Assembly (NCBI GenBank): GCA_036339465.1
Contig: JAYZAY010000085.1
Location: forward strand, 32,001 to 96,000
Reading direction: 5' to 3'
Length of the DNA: 64,000 nt
DNA from: Myxococcota bacterium
Lineage (GTDB): Bacteria; Myxococcota; XYA12-FULL-58-9; JABJBS01
Below the pieces are notes generated by a model that searched no databases, was not told the origin of the DNA, and worked only from the letters and a program-made list of their open reading frames with translations. A program made the translations under genes and the position numbers. This document shows positions 1 to 9,408 of the stretch, in pieces; position 1 is the first letter of the stretch, and every line of letters begins with the position of its first letter.

Positions 1-210
1 AGATTCGAAGTCGATTTCCTAAAGAAAGGAAAACTCAAACAATCTCAGCTTGATAATCGTCGGCTTTTGCGCGCTGCCATGTGTGAGGGAGGGGGATTTA
101 GGATGATTTCTAATGAATGGTGGCATTTCGATGCTTTTCGCGGGCGAGCTCTTCGCAAAAAATACATGCCATTGGACATTTCTTTCTCAGTTTTAGGTCG
201 TCGTAAATAG
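1..210 (+). CDS. 3' end of D-Ala-D-Ala dipeptidase (peptidase M15, VanX/DdpX-like), truncated by window edge
   Basis: Frame 1 reads ...NRRLLRAAM...GF...NEWWHFD... to TAG at 208-210; EWWHF is the VanX-family Zn motif. Confidence 0.8.
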   Translation, partial: RFEVDFLKKGKLKQSQLDNRRLLRAAMCEGGGFRMISNEWWHFDAFRGRALRKKYMPLDISFSVLGRRK

Positions 211-316
211 GGGCCTAATAGGATCTTGCTTCTGTCCTTGTATGCCCCTTACAATTAACTCAACTGGCTATTTCTACGACCCTTCTTTGGAGAGGCTAGG
301 TTGGGGATTTTCGACG

Positions 317-1654
317 ATGCCGGATTCCTATGGAAAGATAGCCCGGCTCTTTGAGCCGGGCGCAGAGGGGACTCTCCAAGCCTACCTCCAGCTTCTTCAC
401 CCGGTTGACTTGGCCGAACTATTCCGCTTCGTTGATCGGCAAAAATGGCCGGCCATTATTGAGGCTCTGAGTCCAGAACGATTCGCCGACGCTCTTTCCC
501 ATCTGGATGAGGGTATTGTTGAGGAACTGGGTCTTTTCGTTGCTCCTACGGTACTTGCTGAAGCGATTGAAGAATTAGAAACCGATGATGCCGCCGACAT
601 CCTTGGGGAATTACCCGAAGCGAAAGCTGAGCAGGTACTAGCGAACCTAGATGCTGAAGACAGAGATGATATCACGATTCTACTTGCCTATCCGCAAGAC
701 AGTGCGGGTGGGATTATGCAAACAGAGTTTTGCGGCGTTCGTGATGGCTTGTATGTGACGGATGCGATTGATTCCGTGAGAGAGGCACGAGAGAAAATAA
801 AGGATATCCACGAGGTTTATTTGGTCGATAGTGATGGTCGACTTAAGGGGGCGGTGCGCTTGGTGGATTTGGTGTTAAGTGATGGGGAAACCGCATTGGG
901 AGAGATCAGTCATCCTGTTGATCAACAGGTTCCCGTGGATATGGATCAGGAAGAAGTTGCTCGTCTTTTTGGAAAATACGATTTAGCATCCATTCCCGTC
1001 GTGAATCAAACCGAGGTGATGGTGGGTCGGATTACTTTTGATGATATTCACGATGTTGTCTTAGAAGAAGCCACTGAAGATGTCATGGCGATGGCGGGTG
1101 CTTCAGGGGAAGAGCTTGTCTATGGGAATGATTTTCTTCGGATTGCTCTTTTTCGTCTTCCTTGGTTGATTTCCAGCTTATTCGGTTCGTTGATAACGAC
1201 CTTATTGGTTCCTCTTTTTACGAAGATTCCCGGAGACACTATTATTTTGGCTTCCTTTGTTCCGGTCGTCATGGCGATGACGGGGAATGTCGGTTCCCAA
1301 ACTGCGATGATTATTACCCGAGGTTTTGCAATCAACAAGGTTTCTCTTGTGGATCTTTGGCGCAATATCAGACGTGAGATGACTGTCGGGCTTATTATGG
1401 GAATTGCTGCGGGGAGTTTGGTGGGGATTTTTTCCTTGTGGACCCATGGTAGTCAACTTTTAGGATACGCTCTTTCGGCTTCTATGATTTCTTCGATGTG
1501 TATTGCTGCCGGGGTTGGAGTGATGGCACCTGCTCTCTTTAAGAAGATCGGCATAGATCCAGCGATCGCTGCGGGGCCTCTCGTTACGACGGGGTGCGAT
1601 GTTTTGGGGGTGGGGATTTATTTAGGGGTCGCCATTATGGTTATTACTCAATAA
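317..1654 (+). CDS. mgtE: Magnesium transporter MgtE
   Basis: MgtE N-domain (LHPVDLAE, DDAADIL), SAGGIM plus CBS pair, TM domain with GNVGSQ and DPAIAAGPLVTT..D. ATG 317 preferred over the ORF-track start at 242. Confidence 0.93.
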   Translation: MPDSYGKIARLFEPGAEGTLQAYLQLLHPVDLAELFRFVDRQKWPAIIEALSPERFADALSHLDEGIVEELGLFVAPTVLAEAIEELETDDAADILGELPEAKAEQVLANLDAEDRDDITILLAYPQDSAGGIMQTEFCGVRDGLYVTDAIDSVREAREKIKDIHEVYLVDSDGRLKGAVRLVDLVLSDGETALGEISHPVDQQVPVDMDQEEVARLFGKYDLASIPVVNQTEVMVGRITFDDIHDVVLEEATEDVMAMAGASGEELVYGNDFLRIALFRLPWLISSLFGSLITTLLVPLFTKIPGDTIILASFVPVVMAMTGNVGSQTAMIITRGFAINKVSLVDLWRNIRREMTVGLIMGIAAGSLVGIFSLWTHGSQLLGYALSASMISSMCIAAGVGVMAPALFKKIGIDPAIAAGPLVTTGCDVLGVGIYLGVAIMVITQ

Positions 1655-1656
1655 CT

Positions 1657-1842
1657 CTATTGTTCGATGCTCGATTGTTTCAATGGTTCAATTGCGGCAG
1701 CTCCACCGTGTTTCCTTAGCAAACTTCGACCCGCATCCATTCCAACTCCCCGACCGGAAAAATCTATTATTTTTTCTGTTAATGAAGTAAATTCACGCCG
1801 CAAAACATTTCTACGTGAAGTTTTCTCCAAGTTGCAAGAATC
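1657..1842 (-). pseudogene. Fragment of CheA-like histidine kinase (HATPase_c C-terminal part)
   Basis: Short frame (stop codon upstream) reads ...EFTSLTEKIIDFSGRGVGMDAGRSLLRKHGG...; SGRGVGMD (1735-1758) is the CheA G2-box signature. Confidence 0.7.
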
Positions 1843-1846
1843 TCAT

Positions 1847-2177
1847 CTATTCGTTGGGTTTAACGAACCAAATCTGTGCGCCGATCTCCTCATCTTTTCC
1901 GTTAGAATCTCGCAACGATTCTGTGGTTAAAATAAAAGTAGGTGTGTCCTTACTCGTCTCTGTATTACAGGACCAGGGCAATGAATTTAATACCATTGAT
2001 GTTGGGCATATTGATATCTGTAATGGGCAGATCATATCGTTTCTCTTTTGCTACTTTTTTTGGGGCTTTAACACCGTCCTTCGCCGTTTCCACTTCAAAG
2101 CCAGCGCCTCCCAATAGCTCGTTCAATCAGTTCCGTATCTGAGAGCAATCATCGCGGATTAGAATTTCCTTACCTAT
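1847..2177 (-). pseudogene. Decayed CheY-like response regulator
   Basis: ATA-GKEILIRDD...RN*LNELLGGAGFEVETAKDGVKA, frameshift, YDLPITDINMPNINGIKF, frameshift, DTPTFILTTES...GAQIWFVKP; internal TGA at 2127-2129; GGAG upstream. Confidence 0.8.
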
Positions 2178-2709
2178 CTTGATCGCTCCAAACCTTGAAT
2201 TAGTTCGTGCATAGAGAATAAGTTCCACATGACCGTCCCACGGGTTTCAAGGGGACCACTGCTCTAAGAAGTCTGTGGGGGAACTGGACTCGATGGCAAA
2301 CCGCTTGCACGAGCTATTGCGTGTGACTGGATTGGGTTGTGTGAAGAAGTCGAAGCGGATGAAAAAAGACGAAGATTTATAGGGCTTGCCGAGGCATCAG
2401 ACTTGCTAAGCTAGGCTGAGCCCAGAATGCTTGGTGGGGAAGATACGTCAAACCAGTGGCGCATATTTGTTGGTGACAGCGCTCCCCGGTGGTTGGCATT
2501 AGAAGGGTCGCCACGAGGAGAAGACGACCTATTGGCTCAGAGCCGAGTAGCATCCAATGGGACGATATTGAGATGTTTCTATGAGCGCTTTGCATAGGTA
2601 GCAACGGTTACTCGGTATTCTTAAGTAAACCCTCGGTGTCTTTTCGTTTCGCCTAGAAAGTGGGTAAGAGTAAGTTGGTCAATGTTTTTATCTATGTTAG
2701 AAGTACGCC

Positions 2710-3735
2710 ATGACGAAGGTAAAATTAACAGAGCTTGTTTCGTCCGCAGGTTGAGCGGCTAAGCTCAGCCCAACGGTGTTGGGACAAGTATTATCAGGGT
2801 TGCCGATTCCCTCTGATGCTCGGATACTCACAAAGTTTGATCAGGCCGAGGATGCAGCGGTGTATCAAATCTCCGAAGAGCGGGCTCTGGTGAGCACTAT
2901 GGATGTGATCACTCCCCTGGTTGATGATCCGCTTTCGTTTGGCCGGATTGCGGCGTCAAATTCAATTTCCGACGTATTTGCCATGGGGGCGAGGCCCCTG
3001 CTTAGTTTGAGTTTTCTAGCAACGCCAAAGGGAATGGAACCTTTGATTGCACGGGATATTTTGGCAGGTGGGGGAGAATTGGCCCTTAGCGTCGGCTCGC
3101 CTATTTTGGGCGGACACAGTGTAGAAACCGAGGAATTACTCTTTGGGCTCGCGGTGATTGGGGAGGTGCATCCCAAAGAACTTTGGACAAACGATAAATT
3201 ACGACCAGGTTTAGAGCTGATCCTGACGAAGCCCTTGGGCACCGGCACATTGACCACCATGCTTAAACGGACCGGCCAGGATGTGTCTCTGATTGCGGAA
3301 GCAATTGAGGGCATGGAGCAGACCCATGCTGAAGTGCTACCCACCCTGCGTAAATTTGGCGCCATAACCGCCACTGATGTAACCGGTTTCGGGTTTTTGG
3401 GGCACGCTGCTGAAATGGCGCATGCCTCCGGGGTGGGACTTGAGATTTGTGTTTCAGACCTGCCAGAATACGCTGGCGCTAAGAGGAGTTTGGATGACGG
3501 GTTTGTGACCCGAGGTAACGAGAGAAACCTTACCTATGTGGAGTCGATGGTGGGGGCTATTGAAGGAGAAGTCGATCCCCTACTTTTGGATCCACAAACA
3601 GCGGGTGGACTTTTGGTGGCAATAACGCCCGAAAGTCTAGCGCCTTGCTTAAACGAGCTTCGTGGTAAGGGATTCACAAAGATTGCCCGCGTCGGACGGG
3701 TTCGCCAAGGAGCGGGAATTACGCTTCTTTCATGA
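2710..3735 (+). CDS. selD: Selenide, water dikinase (selenophosphate synthetase), Sec-containing; TGA 2752-2754 read as Sec15
   Basis: ATG 2710 gives MTKVKLTELVSSAG-U-AAKLSP, in frame with ORF 2776-3735; SelD motifs EDAAVY, FGRIAASNSISDVFAMG, GGHS, LTKPLGTG, TDVTGFG, DPQTAGGLL. Confidence 0.95.
2769..2783 (+). promoter_or_regulatory. Candidate bacterial SECIS apical hairpin
   Basis: CCCAAC-GGT-GTTGGG, 6-bp stem with G-first loop starting 21 nt after the TGA. Confidence 0.65.
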
Positions 3736-4805
3736 TCGCCGCGCAGGTTTTGGAGTATGGTTTGGGAAACAACGACGTAAACCCCGGTCAACACCTACTA
3801 AGGAACTGGGGCGCCGAAAGGTACGTAATTCAGAAAATTACTTCAGGGCATATCAATTGTACCTTCCTACTGACAGGCCCTCACGATTCGATGATCCTTC
3901 AGAGGGTACATCCTGTGTTTGGTGAGGAAGTTCACCAGGATATCTATCATTTAAGCCGGATTCTTCGGCAGGCAGGCATTAGGTGTCCAGAAATAATCAA
4001 AACGATGGAGGGAACACTTTTTGTTCGGGATGATGAGGGTGCTATTTGGCGAGCACTCACCCACCTTTCAGGGGAGACTCTCACTCAATTAGAGTCTCCG
4101 ACTACAGCAAGGGAGGCCGGTGCCTTATTGGGACGATTTCATGCTGCTTTATGGGATACAGACTATGAGCTTAAGCATTGTCGCCCTGGTGTTCATGATA
4201 CTCCGCGCCACGTTAATAAGTTAGTCAATGTCTTGGCATCCAGCCAGAGCCACCCATTTTACCCTCGGGTTGACGCATTGGCTACCCGGGTCCAGGCTCA
4301 CCTAGCCAATCTTGATTCTATTCAGGGCTTGCCCAGCCGTTTTGTTCACGGCGATCCGAAGATTACGAATTTTCTTTTTGATAAAAAGGGTCGTGCGTCT
4401 GCAATGATAGATCTAGATACCATGGGAAAAATGCCCCTTGTTGCCGAGTTGGGGGATACATTTCGCTCCTGGTGTAACTTGGCCCATGAAGACTCCGTGG
4501 GTGCGAACTTCTCGATGGTGCATTTTAGAGAAGGGATGTACGGTTATTGTTCTCAAATGTCGGAACACATGACATCGAGCGAGCTGAATTTAATTTACGA
4601 TGGCATTCTCACAATCACCCTCGAACTTACAGTTCGTTTCCTCACCGATACTTTAGAGGAGTCCTATTTTGCTTGGGACAGCGTTCAATACCGGCGTTCA
4701 TCGGAGCATCAGTGGTACCGCGCACAGGGGCAACACGCCCTGGCCCTCTCCATTATGAGCCATGAGCGGAGTCTCAAGGAAATTGTCGGTCATTTTCAAT
4801 CATAG
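3732..4805 (+). CDS. Aminoglycoside/choline-kinase-fold phosphotransferase (N-acetylhexosamine-1-kinase-like)
   Basis: GHINCTF, Brenner motif HGDPKITNFLF, IDLDT, RFLTD.L..SYF; ATGA overlap with selD stop. Confidence 0.75.
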   Translation: MIAAQVLEYGLGNNDVNPGQHLLRNWGAERYVIQKITSGHINCTFLLTGPHDSMILQRVHPVFGEEVHQDIYHLSRILRQAGIRCPEIIKTMEGTLFVRDDEGAIWRALTHLSGETLTQLESPTTAREAGALLGRFHAALWDTDYELKHCRPGVHDTPRHVNKLVNVLASSQSHPFYPRVDALATRVQAHLANLDSIQGLPSRFVHGDPKITNFLFDKKGRASAMIDLDTMGKMPLVAELGDTFRSWCNLAHEDSVGANFSMVHFREGMYGYCSQMSEHMTSSELNLIYDGILTITLELTVRFLTDTLEESYFAWDSVQYRRSSEHQWYRAQGQHALALSIMSHERSLKEIVGHFQS

Positions 4806-5980
4806 ATGAGCGCAGCTTCTCTTCCTCTTTGATATTGGTTGGTGCCCTGCTGAGCCAGTTGATAGATCACTTCGAAACTCCCGCCCCGATCAATTTCTTC
4901 TCGAACCTGTTGAATACCCGTAAGAAGATCTATGGCAGGGACGTCATTCCTGAATTCGTATGTTTCTGTCCGCCATTGAAAACTTTCCGGATAGAGCGTC
5001 TTGGCCGCCCACAGAACAGCTAGGCCAGTTTCGTAGGAGCTGAATTTCTCTCGATTTGTAACGTGTAGTTGAAGCCCCCCGCAGGATTTATGGGCATGTT
5101 TTTGGAAAGTAGGTTCAAACACAACCGGCCGAAATACGACCCCCGGTAGGTCGAGTGTGGTGAGCTTTTCGGCGAGGTGGTAGCCATTGATAAAGGGGGC
5201 TCCGAAGAGTTCAAAGGGTTTCGTTGTTCCTCGTCCTTCCGATAGATTGGTGCCTTCAAGTAGACACATTCCAGGATAAACCACCGCAGTATCGATGGTG
5301 GGCATATTTGGGGATGGCATAACCCATGGGAGTAGGGTTTCTTCAAAATAATGCTCACGACTCCATCCTTCACAAGGGATTATTTCCAATTCACAATCTA
5401 AAGCAAATGAATCACGATACAGGTTGGCCAATTCCCCAACCGTCATCCCATGTCTTTGGGGGATGGGGTAGAGAGCACAAAAATTTTCCAGTCCTGGCTC
5501 GAGTCCGCCCCCTTCAACTTTCATTCCGCCTATGGGATTAGGGCGATCCAAGACAAGCAAGCGGATGCCAAGCTCTCCCGCCTTTTGCATGGCTAAGGCC
5601 ATGGTAGCCCCATAGGTATAATAGCGGGCACCCACGTCTTGAATATCGAATACCAAAGCGTCTACATTTTCAAGATCCTTGGAAGTGGGGCTCAAGGATT
5701 CAAATGTTGGGCCGTATAAACTAATGACCGGCAATCCTGTTTGGGGATCGTTATTGCCGTCGACCGTAACCATATCTTGTGCAGCTCCTCGAATGCCATG
5801 CTCGGGGCCAAAGAGGGTGGTTAGGTTAATTTCTGAGCTTGAAAGGAAGGCATCGGCTGCGTGGACATAATTGGAGGTGAGTGTGGTCGGATTTGCGATG
5901 AGCCCGACCCGTGTGGTTGAGTTGATGTACTGAGTGGGATTATTCAAGAAGATGTCTAAACCTAAGTGCATATTTCTCAT
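4796..5980 (-). CDS. DUF1343 / NamZ-family exo-beta-N-acetylmuramidase
   Basis: FGPEHG.RG, FDIQDVGARYYTY, LDRPNP, RHGMTVGELA, PSPNMP, SEGRGTT.PFE. Confidence 0.88.
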   Translation of the reverse strand: MRNMHLGLDIFLNNPTQYINSTTRVGLIANPTTLTSNYVHAADAFLSSSEINLTTLFGPEHGIRGAAQDMVTVDGNNDPQTGLPVISLYGPTFESLSPTSKDLENVDALVFDIQDVGARYYTYGATMALAMQKAGELGIRLLVLDRPNPIGGMKVEGGGLEPGLENFCALYPIPQRHGMTVGELANLYRDSFALDCELEIIPCEGWSREHYFEETLLPWVMPSPNMPTIDTAVVYPGMCLLEGTNLSEGRGTTKPFELFGAPFINGYHLAEKLTTLDLPGVVFRPVVFEPTFQKHAHKSCGGLQLHVTNREKFSSYETGLAVLWAAKTLYPESFQWRTETYEFRNDVPAIDLLTGIQQVREEIDRGGSFEVIYQLAQQGTNQYQRGREAALIYD

Positions 5981-6071
5981 CTTTCACACTATTGGCATGA
6001 TTTCTAGTTGGCTGAGTGGTCTCTTGCGGTAGAGAATAACGGTAGGCTATGGTAGCTGCGCCCTAGGAGAG

Positions 6072-7016
6072 ATGAATTTGAAAGACCGTCGTTCGCCGAA
6101 GCGGAGGAAACCAGCGTCCAAGGAGGGCAAAGAAGGTCGTGTTGTGGAAACAGTGGGTCGGCGTGTACGGGTTAGAGACCAGGTTGGTGATCGAATTTGT
6201 TTCTTGTCTGGTCATCGGGCCGTTATCAATGACCGTGTTTGGTGGACTGATGCTCCGGGTACCGGAGGAAAAATAACGGGGGTTATTGAACGAGAGAATC
6301 TTCTTCGCCGCCTTGACGTGAACGGAAGGGAGCGCCTTTTAGCTTCTAATTTGGCGGGAATGGTTGTTGTGGTTACACCCAAGCGGCCGGATTTTAACGG
6401 TGCTCTCATCGATCGCTACCTTGTGGCAGCCAGTATGTGTGGCATTCCAGCCGTGATTTGCTTGAACAAAGTCGATTTAGAGATTGGCCCTGGCGTCGCA
6501 GAAGACCTACGGAGTCGTAGCGAACAAGGGTTTACGGTCCTACATACGAGTACGAAAACCCAAGAAGGTTTGGATGCGCTCAAAACCTTCTTGAGTGAAG
6601 AATCTAAACCGGGGCATCCTTTTGTTCTGGTCGGCTTGTCGGGTGTGGGAAAAACGTCCCTCGTTTCCGCACTATTACCGGAACAAGATGTCGGACCAGT
6701 GGGTGAACTTTCTGAGCATTGGGAACAGGGTAGACATACGACCACACATTCGAGAATTTTCGAGTTGTCCGATGGTGGGGAACTCTGTGACTCTCCGGGG
6801 ATTAGAACTTTTTCACCCAGTGGGCTCTCGCCCGCCGATGTAAAGCAGCATTTTCCAGGTATGGGTGAACTTTGTTGCCAATTTCGCGATTGCTTGCATC
6901 AAGTGGGGCAACTAGGCTGTGAGGCTGACAAAGTAATTAGGCCCAGTACGCTTTCGGCCTACCGGCGACTTTTGGATTTTGTTACCAGCCACGATCGCCG
7001 AGTCACCCGGTCCTAG
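6072..7016 (+). CDS. rsgA: Small ribosomal subunit biogenesis GTPase RsgA
   Basis: Circularly permuted GTPase NKVD, GLSGVGKTS, GRHTTT, DSPG; Zn finger C.F.DC.H....GC. Confidence 0.9.
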   Translation: MNLKDRRSPKRRKPASKEGKEGRVVETVGRRVRVRDQVGDRICFLSGHRAVINDRVWWTDAPGTGGKITGVIERENLLRRLDVNGRERLLASNLAGMVVVVTPKRPDFNGALIDRYLVAASMCGIPAVICLNKVDLEIGPGVAEDLRSRSEQGFTVLHTSTKTQEGLDALKTFLSEESKPGHPFVLVGLSGVGKTSLVSALLPEQDVGPVGELSEHWEQGRHTTTHSRIFELSDGGELCDSPGIRTFSPSGLSPADVKQHFPGMGELCCQFRDCLHQVGQLGCEADKVIRPSTLSAYRRLLDFVTSHDRRVTRS

Positions 7017-7081
7017 GGGCGAAAACCTTCGAGGCTTTGAATGTTTGGGAGGCCATGCTGTTGTTTGGCTACTGCCGAATT

Positions 7082-8689
7082 CTATTCATACCGGAAGCGC
7101 GAGACAATCTGACTGAGTTCAACTGAAGTTTCTCGCAATTGGAGAATAGATCCTCTCGCCTGTTGCGCCGCATCTCCCGAATTTTTTGCCAGCCGGGCCA
7201 CATCCTCCATGGTGTGAGCGATAGATGAACTTGCGCCGGCAGCGTCTTGGACACTTTGTGACATCACGCCCATGGTTGCACTTTGCTCTTCGACAGCAGC
7301 GGCGATGCTTCCCTGAAGGTCATTAATATTTTGCATTGTTTCGCTAATGGTGTTGATCGCTTTAACCGCTCCTTCGGAGTCGCCCTGGATGGCTCGGATT
7401 CGCTTACCGATCTCCTCTGTCGATTTGGCGGTTTCTACTGCGAGATCCTTCACCTCAGACGCGACAACGGCAAAACCCTTTCCAGCATCACCGGCCCTTG
7501 CAGCTTCGATGGTAGCGTTCAGGGCCAAGAGGTTGGTCTGCCCCGCGATCTTCGTGATGACCTCGATGATCTTACCGATGTCCTCACTGCTCTTTCCAAG
7601 TGTTCCGATAGTGGTGCTGGCTTCGCCAACCATTGAAACCCCACCACTGGCTACCCCGGCTGCTCGATGGGCGTTTTCTGCTATTTCGTTCACCGACAAA
7701 CGCATTTCATCCACCGCTCGCGCGGAATCTTCTGTACTCAGACTCACTTGGGTCGCAGCTTGGGCTACATTTCCAACTTTGTCGTTTGTTTCTTGGGCGC
7801 TGGAAGCCATGCTACCGGCCTTCGTATTCAAGTTGGATGATGCCTGATCCAGTGCATTGACGGTGTCGCCAAGCCTCTTGATGATTGCCTGCATGCTCTC
7901 AAGAAATGAGTTTAGCCAGGTTCCCAGTTCTGCGATTTCATCGACCCCTACAACGTCGATGCGCTGGGTTAAATCACCGTCACCTTCAGCAATATCTCTC
8001 ATACGATCGGCTAGGTTTTTAATAGAAGCGCCGATTTTACTGGCAAATAGAACACTGAACGCAATTCCGACGAACAGTACTACGAGGCCGGTAAAGCTGA
8101 GGGCCGCTAACATTTCCCCCAGTTCGGCATTTGCGATATCCCTTGTTGTTTGGAGTTGGTCTTCGAGGATAGATTTATCAAGACCATAGGCAATGAGCCC
8201 TAAGGGCTCATCCTCGTCGAAGATGGGGACTGCGACTTCGAGAATAGGTCTTTTGTTAAATTCAAGGTCTCGTATGGACTCTTTTTCAAGGTTAAGGTCG
8301 CTCAGCCCCAACAGGGCCTTAATCTCAGTCTCACTGTGGGATGCTAGTTCGGGATCGGCGGTGGAGAAGCCCAGTAAAAGTTCGTTTTCTTGCATGACGT
8401 AACCGTAAACCAAGTTTTCATCGTTGGAGATCGTTTTTTCGATCAGTTCCTCAGTGGCCGAGAACGAGTTGTCCAGCAAGGCAGGTTTGAGTGCAAAGGC
8501 TTGGTTTTGGGTTAATAGGTCAGCTTTAGCTCTTAACTGCTTGTGGAAATCTACTTCCATCCTCTCTAGCATATCCTTTGTGGAGTCACGCTGTAGTAGC
8601 ATTACGATACTGAGCGACAAAATGAGACTAATGAGTAAAAGACTTGAAGCGGCGAGAGCGATTTTCATCTTGATGGACAACTTGTGCAT
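7082..8689 (-). CDS. Methyl-accepting chemotaxis protein (TM-sensor-TM-HAMP-signalling domain)
   Basis: Two TM helices, [13 protein letters not shown]...[40 protein letters not shown]; start uncertain (8689 or 8728). Confidence 0.92.
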   Translation of the reverse strand: MHKLSIKMKIALAASSLLLISLILSLSIVMLLQRDSTKDMLERMEVDFHKQLRAKADLLTQNQAFALKPALLDNSFSATEELIEKTISNDENLVYGYVMQENELLLGFSTADPELASHSETEIKALLGLSDLNLEKESIRDLEFNKRPILEVAVPIFDEDEPLGLIAYGLDKSILEDQLQTTRDIANAELGEMLAALSFTGLVVLFVGIAFSVLFASKIGASIKNLADRMRDIAEGDGDLTQRIDVVGVDEIAELGTWLNSFLESMQAIIKRLGDTVNALDQASSNLNTKAGSMASSAQETNDKVGNVAQAATQVSLSTEDSARAVDEMRLSVNEIAENAHRAAGVASGGVSMVGEASTTIGTLGKSSEDIGKIIEVITKIAGQTNLLALNATIEAARAGDAGKGFAVVASEVKDLAVETAKSTEEIGKRIRAIQGDSEGAVKAINTISETMQNINDLQGSIAAAVEEQSATMGVMSQSVQDAAGASSSIAHTMEDVARLAKNSGDAAQQARGSILQLRETSVELSQIVSRFRYE

Positions 8690-8787
8690 GAGATGTAACG
8701 GTCCCCACCCAGTTAGAGATCTCAGCAACTAGCCTATGGTATCGCGGGGGGGGGATGCTAGCTATAATTCACTCAAGCTGGTGTTTC

Positions 8788-9408
8788 CTAGAAAAACTCC
8801 AAGCTACCAGTATCGAGTTCTTCGTGATCATGCTCTCGAGAGTACGAGTAATCCAGGACTCCGTATGGTGAAAGGTATAACCCACATGGAAAGTTTATGC
8901 CAGAGCCCAGGTGAGATGCAGCCAGAAAGATGTTCAATGAGTGGTTCAGGGTTTGGTGATGCTTAATCGCATCTCGACTGAGGATATCTGGGGCAGACAC
9001 CCCTAAGTGAAGGTACTTTTTTCCGAGTTCTCGTTTTAGAAACCCCACGACGAGGTTCGTTCGTTCTAGAAAGAATCCGTTGACGAGTTCATCCACAGAC
9101 TCTTCCCCTCCGCCATGTCCGATAAGATTGGTTACGTAATGGTGGGTCGGCTTGTCGTGGTTGAAATGAATGGTGGCGAAAGCCCGAAAGTTAAACGCGC
9201 ATAGGCAGGACATCATCAGGTGACTGGATTGCTTCCAAAGGTCCGGTTCTCCCTCTTCAATCGACCATCCTTCTGTTTCTTGATTGAGCGCTTCTTCCAC
9301 CGAATGTTCGAACAGATTTGTAAAGCCTGTCTCGGCGGCAGGGGTTACTTCTCCACCCTCCACATTTTCATGCGCGAAGTTGATGCTTGATTTTACCAAG
9401 GACTTCAT
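8788..9408 (-). CDS. Hypothetical protein with CheX/CheC-like motif
   Basis: FFLERTNLVVGFLKREL...GVSAP resembles the CheX E-x2-N helix followed by S-x-P; acidic tail ending GSLEFF; within che cluster. Confidence 0.55.
   Translation of the reverse strand: MKSLVKSSINFAHENVEGGEVTPAAETGFTNLFEHSVEEALNQETEGWSIEEGEPDLWKQSSHLMMSCLCAFNFRAFATIHFNHDKPTHHYVTNLIGHGGGEESVDELVNGFFLERTNLVVGFLKRELGKKYLHLGVSAPDILSRDAIKHHQTLNHSLNIFLAASHLGSGINFPCGLYLSPYGVLDYSYSREHDHEELDTGSLEFF

Noticed and set aside
1667..2142. Plus-strand ORFs 1667-1930, 1815-2117 and 1942-2142
   Set aside because: Antisense shadows of the decayed cheY/cheA sequence
2374..2400. selU remnant (DL*GLPRH resembling DLEGLAxH)
   Set aside because: Flanking sequence shows no further SelU similarity; too short to support
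7092..7100. CGGAAGCGC match to the selC 3' end at the far edge of the che cassette (possible att site)
   Set aside because: Only 9 bp, inside MCP coding sequence, expected by chance, and no integrase present
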